64,000 nt of DNA from Lingula anatina (Eukaryota > Animalia > Brachiopoda): NCBI GenBank assembly GCA_051362555.1, contig CM120644.1, forward strand, positions 16,452,534 to 16,516,533, given 5' to 3'. Below the pieces are notes generated by a model. It was not told the origin of the DNA, did not search any database, and saw only the letters and a program-made list of their open reading frames with translations. The translations under genes were made by a program, and so were the position numbers. Shown piece by piece: positions 51,615 to 63,460 of the stretch (the stretch's first letter is position 1; each line of letters begins with the position of its first letter).

Positions 51615-53960
51615 ATGCATATTGCAACAGAAGCACCAGGGGGTTACCTTTGCATTATGTTATTTTTGTTGCTCTTTTGCAACGGTACTACGTGCAGTGG
51701 TGTTGATGGAGACAGTTTTGTGGAACAGTGTCCAAAGGAATGCCGCTGTTATAGCACGTCGCCATCCAACCACACAGTTGATTGCTCCGGAAAGTCCATC
51801 AGATCCATACCCCTTGGGATTACACGTAATAAAACCGTGTTAGACCTACGAAACATCGGTCTTTCTGAAATACCGGCAAATTCATTAAGTCATCTGGAGA
51901 ATCAAAATGTACTTTACCTGGAAGGAGATGACGTAACAGCATTCAACGAGAACAGTTTTGTCGGTTTAAAGGCATTGGGTTATTTCAATCTGTTTCCAAT
52001 TGATCCAGGTAAAAATATCGACTATAATGCCTTCCCTCCAACTTTGTTCCGTGAATTAACCTCGTTGAAATCCTTTGGTGAAATGGGTTCGGGTAAAAAT
52101 GTTCAACAAGATTACATAGATCGCACAATAGCGCTATTACACAAGTTAGAAGAGTCGTTTTGGTCTCATTTGTCTCAAGGAAATGTACTATTTGGTCCTG
52201 GATATAGTAATATATCGTCTCTGAAGAGGCTGGTTTTCAAAATGCATTCAAGTGCTGTGACACAGTTGCAAAAAGAGGCTTTCTTCTGGTTAAAAAACTG
52301 CCCAATCGAAAAACTTGCTTTTATTGGCTATGACATTAACCGTGCAGAACCAGATATGTTGTATATTTTTCCACGTTTAAAAGAATTATATCTGGAGTGC
52401 AGTTCTTTTCTGTCGTTGCAGAATGAAGGAGATTTTATTTGCGGCTTAGAGAACAACACATCAATTGAAACTATTCGCATGAAAAATGTTTTCCTACGTT
52501 CTTTCTCACAGTGGAAGATATCAGCGACAGCTCTCATATGCTTAGAAAATACAGGTACGTCGTTGAAAGCACTAGTATTGATTCACAACAACGTAGAAGA
52601 ATTTGACCTGTATTACTTGTATTATTTTCCGAATTTGGAGTATCTACATCTGTCGAATAATCTTATTGTCTTTTCCCCCATAAATGGAAAGGACGTTTCT
52701 GGCAATATCAGGGGTTCTTTTACGTATATTTTCCTACTGCTAGGGAACTTAAAGTACATGAGAATCGACAATAACTTGAGAAACAAAGATACGGGCCCTC
52801 TACAATATGCCTTAACGCATTCTTTTTGGAAAAGCCTCCCGTCATGTAAGCTTAAACAATACGTTCCCAGGTCTTTTAATGTAAAAGACATGCCATCACC
52901 AGTTTTACGATTTTCTCTTCCTATTAACATTGAATTCCTTTCGATGAGTTGGTGGTCAAATTTGGGCAGTAAACTTTCTGTTTCGTGCCCCTTTAAAGAA
53001 AGCGTATATATTTATCCAAATAAGCTACGCTTTCTTAGGATGGAAGGCGTTGGTGTATTTTATGGATTGGACAATTTGGAACATTTCAATGCTTCCCATA
53101 ATATCCTCAACTGTCTTCCAAGAGACTTTTTCAATGGTCACTTTCCATCGTTGAGGTCCCTAAATCTTGGTGACAACAAACTAGGACCTTTAATAAGTGA
53201 GGATGGGATACGTCCAGTAAAACTCCCAAGGTTAAAGTTTTTGGATTTATCACTGAATGAGATCAGGACCATCCCTGAGAACTTTTTCGACCGCCTTGTC
53301 TCTCTTCAGCGACTGGTGCTGCTCGGCAATTACCTAAATGCAGGTTCCTTTGGTATGATAAATTACATGTCCGTGGAAGATTTGAGCCACACCACGGAAT
53401 GGGCATATTCATTAGACTATTTGGAAACTAAGGGGGACCTAGATTCTAGCTTAAGTATTCATTTGAATATGACGTACAATCCTAGAGCCTGCACCTTTTA
53501 CAATGGGGAGGGATTTCATCGAAGGAGGGCCCGCAGCAGTACATTTTCTGAAGCAGATTTATCACAAGATTTGGAAACTAAAGGGAAACCATATTCTAGC
53601 TTAAGTATCCAACTGAATATGACAAACAATCCTACAGACTACAACCATTGCGATAGGGGGGAATTTCTTCAATGGCTTGTTTTTTCAAATATTACAGTAA
53701 CATTTTCTAACGACTCTGATTGCCCCATGAATGGTTCAAAAACAGGTCTGCGGTATACACTATATGAACTTTGTGAGAAATGTGATATTGGCTATCAGAT
53801 AAAAAGTCCAAATCAGTGGCTGTCTCTTGGGATCTCCCTAACTAGTATCCTTGGTGTGACCTGCGGTTTAATAACAGCTTACATATATCGCTGGAATATC
53901 AAGTATGTATTATAATCAGGGTTTACGTGGTTACGGATGTTTGTAAACGGATGGTTGTAA

Positions 53961-53998
<38 letters not shown>

Positions 53999-54672
53999 TG
54001 TGGGTGGGTGGGTGTGGTGAGAGAAATAGAATGATAGAGACTGCAATATGTTAATAAAAATGTATGTAAAATGCGTCTAATCTCATTTTACAAACTCTAT
54101 CATATACACGTTAAGGAGAATAAACTTTAAATGGCGTTTTTTATGTGAAAAAAAAGCTGAATTTCATTATAAAATGCATCTTATATTTTAGATATCGACT
54201 ATATCTACTTCGACGCCGGTTACGTAGACAAGGATTTATTGCAACCCCGCCTGGTCACGTGTACATTTCATACGATGATGGTGATGATCAGTGGGTAGTG
54301 AATGAACTTTTACGTCATTTAGAAGTGGCGAAAGAGCTTGACGTCATTATAGATCAGAGGGATTTCATTGGTGGAGCATCTCTGGCTGAAGCTATCGTCG
54401 AAGCTGTGGATAACAGCAGGAAGACAGTTCTTGTTCTATCAGAAAATTTCGTGCTAAACCCTTGGTGTGAATTTGAGTTTGAAATGTCACTGGCTCGCGG
54501 TTACAATTCGGTGATACCAGTCATGTTTCAAACGGTCCCCTTTGATGTCATGACAAAATCGCTTCGGAAATTCATAAAGGCAAGAGGTTATATAAAATGG
54601 TCCGACAGTCAAGCAGGACAGCGTTTATTTTGGAAACGTCTCATGGATGCTATTCTCGCCGTCAATAATTAA
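51615..54672 (+). CDS. Toll-like receptor B, ~922 aa, with duplicated juxtamembrane segment
   Basis: Exons 51615-53902 and 54192-54672; paralog of TLR-A with the same intron position; LRR-TM-TIR reading frame intact. Confidence 0.92.
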
Positions 54673-56460
54673 CTTGTGCATGATGGTGAAGTTGACCACA
54701 CCGATTTGCTGTAATAACCACATGTTATATTTATAATTAACAACTTGTGCAGAAAAATATCCAAATAAAAGGAAAATAACACCTTTGAGGTAGTCTGACA
54801 TATCATATTGTGAATTTTTTAATTTTTTTAAAATTGATTGATAAATTAATTAATTAATTAATTAATTAATTAATTAATTAATTAATTTATTTATTTATTT
54901 ATTTTTTTTTTTTTGCATTCTGAATTTCTGTCCATTTTGTAAATACACCGTGAATGTGTACATACAGTGCTCATCGCCAACTTAGTAATGGAGATGCTTA
55001 TTTCTCTGATAGTAGGAAGGAAGTAAGAATGGAACCGTATATGATATTAGATTTTTTTAGTGATCTTTTCAATAACATTACCAGCCTTCACTAATTTTTT
55101 TTCAAACGTGAGAATCAGACGCTTGATTATACCCTCTTGTCATCCCGGGGGTTGGAGAGTGGGGATTGTATGGACTCCTTTCATTATAGGTGTTCTGTTA
55201 TATACAGTATATTGAATTTAAATGAACAGCATTTCTCTGCATAAAGCCTTTAGCTCTACAGTTTTGGAAACGGCTAGCACGTATTTTTGGTTTATATAAA
55301 GACATAGGGAGAAGAAAAAACCCGTGAATAACACTTAATTTTAAAATACATTGTAAATACGTGTGTATGTAATGTATATAATAAAATTACTGCTTTGTAT
55401 GTGTATCTGACGAGTTAATGTAAGTTGCTCTACTACATCCTTACGTAGATATCGTGTAAACGGATTTACATTATCTGAGCGAAATCTGATTGTAATTCTG
55501 CAGTCACAAATATATCAAATTCCTGCTAAGTCACTGCTTTAATAAAGATTTCGTAAAATGCTCAATGACCCAATTTGAATGCATTTGATACGACCTAGAA
55601 CGTCTTCCTAGTTCGCGCATGTTAAGTAAACGGGCCTTATACATGTAGATGTGAAGGTTTTGTTAACCCCGTCATGTGTTTGGAAAATCTTATTTTATTT
55701 ACTTTTATGCGGCTGCATATTTCTTTAGGAGCAAATGCACAATGGAGACTGCCTATCAAACAAACCCAGCTAAATCTAATTTAGTAACCTTCAATGGTGT
55801 AAAACGCTTTGGATGCTGTGTAAACATACTTTCCCCAACCTGCCTGTGACTCATTTAAAACTAACCAGGAAGTTTTGATCATATCAACTTAGCTTCAACT
55901 GGTGGAAACTAGCAATCCACCCATTATCTGAACCACTAATAGGATACTGCGATGCTCCAATACAGGGATGTTAAACATCAACATCGACAATAAGCGACAC
56001 AGACAACACAAATATAGTTTATATCACAACACGCACACGTCAGAGTTACTACATTATGTGATACCACCGTGTTGATCAATCTTACTTTAAGATAGAAATT
56101 AACTGCGGAATGTTTCTATTGACCAACCAAATATGAAATGTATAAACCAGAAGATTATTGGAACCATTCCAAACAATATGACATCGTATAGTAGTTCATT
56201 TTTCCATTTAAAAAGCAAAAAACTCGATATATTAGGAAAATGTTATACAGTAGCTTCTTTCTAAATAAAATGTTTTTATTTATTTATTTATTTGTTTGTT
56301 TGTTTATTTATTTATTTTGAACGGAACAGTATAAATAATAATCAGATTTGATTATAAATGTACGTATAAGGACACTATTTCAAGTCATTGTGGCAGTGAC
56401 GCTCGATTCACCATCAGGCCATATCTTATCGATAGCAATTGTGTTGAGGGTAATGCAAAG

Positions 56461-56470
56461 GGGGATTCCC
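56461..56470 (+). promoter_or_regulatory. Canonical kB site GGGGATTCCC upstream of the coiled-coil ORF
   Basis: Matches the NF-kB consensus, ~135 bp before ATG 56604. Confidence 0.5.
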
Positions 56471-56603
56471 ATAACTTGTATTTGATTTCTTTTATATGAA
56501 AATTCGATCTGTGAATTAAGGGGATTTTTGTGTGATATGCTTTATGCGCCATCTTAATTTTGAGGAGTAAATCTTACTTCCTCGTTCTACTTATTACACA
56601 ATC

Positions 56604-57386
56604 ATGGCACAACTTGTGTCTGAAGTTAGTAAACTTGTCAAGAAGTGCAATCAACTGTCAAATGAAAACTTAGAGCTACGACAGGAACAGGAAAATCATG
56701 CTACTGCGATACGAGAGCGCGACGCACAAATATCAGAGCTGAACGGGATGATTCAAATTCTGCGAAGGGGGGCGGCTTCATGCTTAGATTCAGAAAGGCG
56801 GCTAGCGCTTGAAAATGCGACCCTTCTTGATTCCAATCAGAATCAAAGTCTGGAACTTAAAGAGCGGGTGAAGAAAATACATCAACTTCAGGCTGAATTA
56901 AAGAAAGCCCGTCTCGATGGTATCGAGGTAAAAGGTCAACTGACGTCACTGAGGTCTAAGGTCACCGCTGCTTATGAACGTATCCAACAGCTGGAGACTG
57001 AGAATGCTCAGTTAAAGGCTGACTTGAACGTTGCCAGACAGGAATACGAGCCCTCTGCGTTTAATTCAGAGCACCCCCCTCAGCTTGAAGAAGAAGAAGA
57101 AGAAGAGTATGATGATGATGATGATGATGAAGATGAGGAAGAAGAAGAAAACGAAGTCAATAGCCATACTGACACCACAGCTGGTGAAGTTAGGAGACAG
57201 GTGACAGGAAACGATACAGAGGCTGGGGAACGAGTGAAAAGCAACGATGTCTTGTATGTGAAAACATATGGACAGATCTTTTATACATCTTACGGTCTAG
57301 TAGTTAAAGTATCGGATATTATACGTCAGTGTGATGAACACAATAAAGAGCATTTTGGGTGGTGTCCACATGGATATCGATATTGA
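56604..57386 (+). CDS. Hypothetical intronless coiled-coil protein with Glu/Asp tract and small aromatic/Cys/His-containing C-terminal domain, 260 aa
   Basis: Long ORF in otherwise AT-rich DNA with good start context (ATCATGG). Heptad Leu periodicity over the first ~145 aa, then EEEEEEEYDDDDDDEDEEEEE and C-terminal ...RQCDEHNKEHFGWCPHGYRY. A degenerate paralog lies at 42212. Confidence 0.7.
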   Translation: MAQLVSEVSKLVKKCNQLSNENLELRQEQENHATAIRERDAQISELNGMIQILRRGAASCLDSERRLALENATLLDSNQNQSLELKERVKKIHQLQAELKKARLDGIEVKGQLTSLRSKVTAAYERIQQLETENAQLKADLNVARQEYEPSAFNSEHPPQLEEEEEEEYDDDDDDEDEEEEENEVNSHTDTTAGEVRRQVTGNDTEAGERVKSNDVLYVKTYGQIFYTSYGLVVKVSDIIRQCDEHNKEHFGWCPHGYRY

Positions 57387-58060
57387 GAACAAGTGCTTGT
57401 AAGTTGCCTTAGTTTTTTTTTTTTTTTTGACAACATCATCAACAACAACAATAATAATATCTTTTTATGAATTTGAAAGCTCTGGCATGTTTCACCGAGG
57501 CTTCAGTGATATTAAAAATGTTGAAATAAGCACAATATAATTCATTGAAAATATATTATAGTAGGCCTACAGTTTTCTAAATTACAATTTTCTAGTAGAG
57601 AAAGAGAATGATTAAATGACGAGTTTTCTCTTATGTCAGTACTTTTTAAATTGATAATATAGTTTTGAGGCGACAGTGGTGCAAAAATAATTTACAACTT
57701 TTATTTGGTTAACAAGCACTAGTTGTGTTATACGAAATGCATGTATTTCACAACTTTGCTGGTACAGGCCCGTACCTAGCAGTTGCAATATTTTCTGAAA
57801 ATGTGGACCTTTTGTCGTGAAACATTATTTTATCTAGATCAAATTTACCCAGAGGGGACCTTTTCCCAGCAAAAAGGGGGGTCTTTTCAACCCCCGAATC
57901 CCTCCTGGCTACAAGGCTGTTGTGCATACTCTATGTAGATATTATTATTTTCATTACAGTGGCCTGGTGACAACAGAACACTTGCAGAGGTCGGAATCCC
58001 ACCTAACGCAATGATCCACTGTGGTGAGTATTCGGAGTTCACATCTCTTAGTCCTCCAAC

Positions 58061-58600
58061 TCCAGGGTCCAGTTTCATCAACACTGGATAGCGCTATCCT
58101 ATGGATAGCACTATTCATTGGATAAAACTGTTATCCTCTAGACAGTTATCCTGAGAAGAGCAGCAATTTTTTATCCAAATGATAGCAATTTCAGAAACTA
58201 AAATAAGTATCTATGGCGTTTAGAAATCATCACATTACCAACAGGATAATTGACCAGAGGGTAACACTTCCTTCTAATGGAGTCGTCCAAGGTGACCGAA
58301 GTTCTCCCGAAGCTTTACGGGATTTGAAAGAGAAGGGGCTCAGAAATAATGGCAGACTTTTATGTGCAGTGCAGGAAAGAATAAAAAATTACAACATTTC
58401 TTCAAGGACTTTTCTCTAGTTGTTTGATGGAATTGGTTATTTATGTATTTCAGGTCCAACAATAGAAGCGATGATGGATGCAGCCAAACAGGCACATGAA
58501 AATCATTCTGCAAAATGAGATGTTGTGCTGCACCAATGCAGACGCACCAAACGTGAGCGCCAACAAGAATGGTCATAAAGAACACGCGTTATGTTTTCTT
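58061..58600 (+). mobile_element. Possible PIF/Harbinger remnant
   Basis: Terminus-like CAGGGTCCAGTTTCATCAA resembles the 23818 MITE end; there are GGATAG/CTATCC subterminal repeats and a weak Myb/trihelix-like peptide (LKEKG...QERIKN). Confidence 0.3.
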
Positions 58601-60408
58601 TAAATCTAATCAAAATCAACTGTGACAGCTGTGAAGTGATTTTTAAAATTGTAACTCATCTACTATTAAGTTCAACTCTTACATTTGTAACTCTTAGGTA
58701 ATTTATAAGTTGTGTATATTGTGTAAATAGAATCTACAGGTATATGTGTGTGACTTTTTAAAAAATCTAATAATTAAGAGGAAAACAAATGTTGTATGTG
58801 TTTAATTGACCCGAAAAAGACACTGGACATACGGAACTACTTCCATATCGAAGTAACTGGTAACGTGAGCTACTTGCCAACGGCTAAGTACGAGAAGAAC
58901 CGAAAACATATATGTAATACGATACGTGAATGTACAAGCTAACAATGTATAACACTGTATTGCAGTTTACTTTCTTTTCCTTTGAATAGCTTAATACATA
59001 CCACCACAAAGAACATACAGTGTAGGTATAAAGTGCGCGTCATTCATTTACCTGTACAATTTGCTGAATCTGCTCACAACCTTCATTCAGCCTTGTTCGC
59101 TTTCAGAAAGAAATGAGCACGCAGCTAGCTAGATGTCAAGCGTGTCCAAGTTAGATCAATATACCATATGTTCTACAGTAAATTCTGCATTTCCTTTACG
59201 AAAATGAAACATTTCACCTATTTTTTTCTTTATTCCAAAGACAATCAACAACATGAATGCGCCCCTTTTACAGGGTACCTGGAAGGCGGTAGTACCTGTT
59301 AATGCAAATCAATGCGCTTCGTTGAAAACCAAAGTTTTCGGAGAAGTAGGTTGCTATTTAACCAGGATCGAGTGGCAAAGGGTCACCTAGTAGAATGTAT
59401 GGAAGAAAAATACTGTTACAGCTGATGTAATGGGGACAGTGTATGGTCTACACACGCATGTATACATGTATCTGCTGAACTGGATAAAATCGATTCATAC
59501 AATGAAATTTACAAATGTTCAAGTTGATCAAGTCCTGAAACAGGCCAGGTGGTAACAGAGTAGTATCGCGGATCATATTGTAAATAGGGGACAATTTAAT
59601 CTAAGTTGTCCAGTGTCTCCAAACCAACAAAACTATATATTTGTTGAACGCTTCTCTGATATTTACTCCAACATAAAAATAGTCTTAAAAGTATCAACGC
59701 ATAAAGTACCATCCTGATAAATCCCACGTGTCACACAGGAATATTCAAGCCCTCTGTGTTTCGTGTCAAAGATGAAGATCGAGCTACTTGAACAGTTCAC
59801 ACTTTAGTGTGTTATGGAATATACTGATATCTAGCGGCACGATATTGGGCACGTACTTAGCGTATGGTCCACAGTCACAGCCAAACAGTTGCTCAAGTTC
59901 CACCCAAAACTAGCAAACTAATGCCGGCATAGTTTCGGTTTACATTTTACATAAAAGTGGGTGATTTCGGCTCTCTAAGTCAGAGTATCCCTTTGCTTCG
60001 ACAGTCTTGAGATAAAAAAGTTATTTTTCTGTATTTTAAACTGCAGTAATACAGCATTTATTTGTCGTTTGTGATCAGACTGATTTAAACGAATAAACAA
60101 ATGTATAGAAAGTAACGCATCATGTGACCTCGTCAGATGTTTGATGTTTGAAAGAGAGACACGCAGCGCTGGAGAGGGGGTGCCGAACAAACTGTCCCTT
60201 TTTTGCCGGGAAGAGGTCATGCATCCATGGACAAAATTGAATGTAGGTGCACGCAGGTTTCGTGGTAAAAAGTCCACCACTTTTCAACCCCCTCCCTTTG
60301 AAATCGCTGGCTAAGGGGCCTAAAAGAGCTTTTCTTTTAACATTTGTCTGAATGTTTCTCTTAAGTGAAGGTTGATCATCCTAAATCATTTCTTACGATT
60401 GGTCCAGT

Positions 60409-60439
<31 letters not shown>

Positions 60440-60709
60440 GGGGCTGGGGGGGGGGGTAGATCTTTTAAAGACATAAAAGACATAATCCACGTGAGATACC
60501 TCAAGCAGTGTCTGTCTCTGCAGTTAAATATCATTATCCTTGCTTTATATGCAAATACAGCATCCAGACTATATTTTTACTGCAATGTAATTGAATCTTA
60601 CTGGAAGGTTGAACAATATGCGCCGGGACCTTTTTCAGAAATCAATCAACCGTTATACTGGTACTTTGTAATGTGGAATGACCAATAAGGTAGTTTGTTG
60701 AACTTCAAG

Positions 60710-60719
60710 GGGAATTCCC
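60710..60719. promoter_or_regulatory. kB site upstream of TLR-C
   Basis: GGGGAATTCCC ~350 bp before ATG 61071. Confidence 0.6.
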
Positions 60720-61070
60720 TTTCGGGAAGCTTAACCGAACACGGTAAATACCATTCAACAGTAAAGCTAACACTATGTAGATCATTCTTATTTAGAATAG
60801 AAATACTAACACGCACTTAAGAATGAGTTGGCCATATGAAACGAATACTGTGGCGGCTTTATGTTCATGTTCGTTAGGCATAAAAGGTTAGGACTCACTG
60901 AAAAGAGGAATATTTAGGAAGTTAGAAAAAGTGTGCTTGCATGACAATTGAACACTGAGCCTCATAAAGCATTTTAGCATATAACACGACACTGTCAACG
61001 TCACTCTGTGCGCAGTAGTCACGAGAGTAGTACCCTACTGGTATCAACACTATAAAGCTAGGTACAAATC

Positions 61071-63422
61071 ATGCATATTGCAACAGAAGCACCAGGGGGT
61101 TACCTTTGCATTATATTATTTTTGTTGCTCTTTTGCAACGGTACTACGTGCAGTGGTGTTGATGGAGACAGTTTTGTGGAACAGTGTCCAAAGGAATGCC
61201 GCTGTTATAGCACGTCGCCATCCAACCACACAGTTGATTGCTCAGGGAGGTCCATCAGATCCATACCCCTGGGGATTCCACGTAATACAACCGTCTTAGA
61301 CCTACGGAACACTGGTCTTTCTGAAATACCGCCATATGCATTAAGTCATCTGGAGAATCTAAACACACTTTACCTTGGAGGAAATGACATAACAGCGTTC
61401 AACGAGAACAGTTTTGCGGGTTTAAAGGCATTGGGATATTTGAATCTGTTTCCTATTCATCCAGGTATGAATATCGACTATAATGCCTTCCCTCCAACTT
61501 TGTTCCGTGAATTAACCTCGTTGAAAACCCTTCATATTGGTGGAATGGGTTCGGGTAAACATGTTCAACAAGATTACATAGATCGCACAATAGCGCTATT
61601 ACACAAGTTAGAAGAGTCGTTTTGGTCTCATTTGTCTCAAGGAAATGTACTATTTGGTCCTGGATATAGTAATATATCGTCTCTGAAGAGGCTGGTTTTC
61701 AAAATGCATTCAAGTGCTGTGACACAGTTGCAAAAAGAGGCTTTCTTCTGGTTAAAAAACTGCCCAATCGAAAAACTTGCTTTTATTGGCTATGACATTA
61801 ACCGTGCAGAACCAGATATGTTGTATATTTTTCCACGTTTAAAAGAATTATATCTGGAGTGCAGTTCTTTTCTGTCGTTGCAGAATGAAGGAGATTTTAT
61901 TTGCGGCTTAGAGAACAACACATCAATTGAAACTATTCGCATGAAAAATGTTTTCCTACGTTCTTTCTCACAGTGGAAGATATCAGCGACAGCTCTCATA
62001 TGCTTAGAAAATACAGGTACGTCGTTGAAAGCACTAGTATTGATTCACAACAACGTAGAAGAATTTGACCTGTATTACTTGTATTATTTTCCGAATTTGG
62101 AGTATCTACATCTGTCGAATAATCTTATTGTCTTTTCCCCCATAAATGGAAAGGACGTTTCTGGCAATATCAGGGGTTCTTTTACGTATATTTTCCTACT
62201 GCTAGGGAACTTAAAGTACATGAGAATCGACAATAACTTGAGAAACAAAGATACGGGCCCTCTACAATATGCCTTAACGCATTCTTTTTGGAAAAGCCTC
62301 CCGTCATGTAAGCTTAAACAATACGTTCCCAGGTCTTTTAATGTAAAAGACATGCCATCACCAGTTTTACGATTTTCTCTTCCTATTAACATTGAATTCC
62401 TTTCGATGAGTTGGTGGTCAAATTTGGGCAGTAAACTTTCTGTTTCGTGCCCCTTTAAAGAAAGCGTATATATTTATCCAAATAAGCTACGCTTTCTTAG
62501 GATGGAAGGCGTTGGTGTATTTTATGGATTGGACAATTTGGAACATTTCAATGCTTCCCATAATATCCTCAACTGTCTTCCAAGAGACTTTTTCAATGGT
62601 CACTTTCCATCGTTGAGGTCCCTAAATCTTGGTGACAACAAACTAGGACCTTTAATAAGTGAGGATGGGATACGTCCAGTAAAACTCCCAAGGTTAAAGT
62701 TTTTGGATTTATCACTGAATGAGATCAGGACCATCCCTGAGAACTTTTTCGACCGCCTTGTCTCTCTTCAGCGACTGGTGCTGCTCGGCAATTACCTAAA
62801 TGCAGGTTCCTTTGGTATGATAAATTACATGTCCGTGGAAGATTTGAGCCACACCACGGAATGGGCATATTCATTAGACTATTTGGAAACTAAGGGGGAC
62901 CTAGATTCTAGCTTAAGTATTCATTTGAATATGACGTACAATCCTAGAGCCTGCACCTTTTACAATGGGGAGGGATTTCATCGAAGGAGGGCCCGCAGCA
63001 GTACATTTTCTGAAGCAGATTTATCACAAGATTTGGAAACTAAAGGGAAACCATATTCTAGCTTAAGTATCCAACTGAATATGACAAACAATCCTACAGA
63101 CTACAACCATTGCGATAGGGGGGAATTTCTTCAATGGCTTGTTTTTTCAAATATTACAGTAACATTTTCTAACGACTCTGATTGCCCCATGAATGGTTCA
63201 AAAACAGGTCTGCGGTATACACTATATGAACTTTGTGAGAAATGTGATATTGGCTATCAGATAAAAAGTCCAAATCAGTGGCTGTCTCTTGGGATCTCCC
63301 TAACTAGTATCCTTGGTGTGACCTGCGGTTTAATAACAGCTTACATATATCGCTGGAATATCAAGTATGTATTATAATCAGGGTTTACGTGGTTACGGAT
63401 GTTTGTAAACGGATGGTTGTAA

Positions 63423-63460
<38 letters not shown>

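Noticed and set aside
53903-53915. Apparent premature stop after the TM of TLR-B (KYVL*), likewise TLR-C at 63377 and TLR-A at 45886, suggesting TIR-less receptors plus separate TIR ORFs
   Set aside because: The stops lie inside a GT-AG intron (donor AA|GTATGT); splicing restores the frame into the TIR exon in all three copies.
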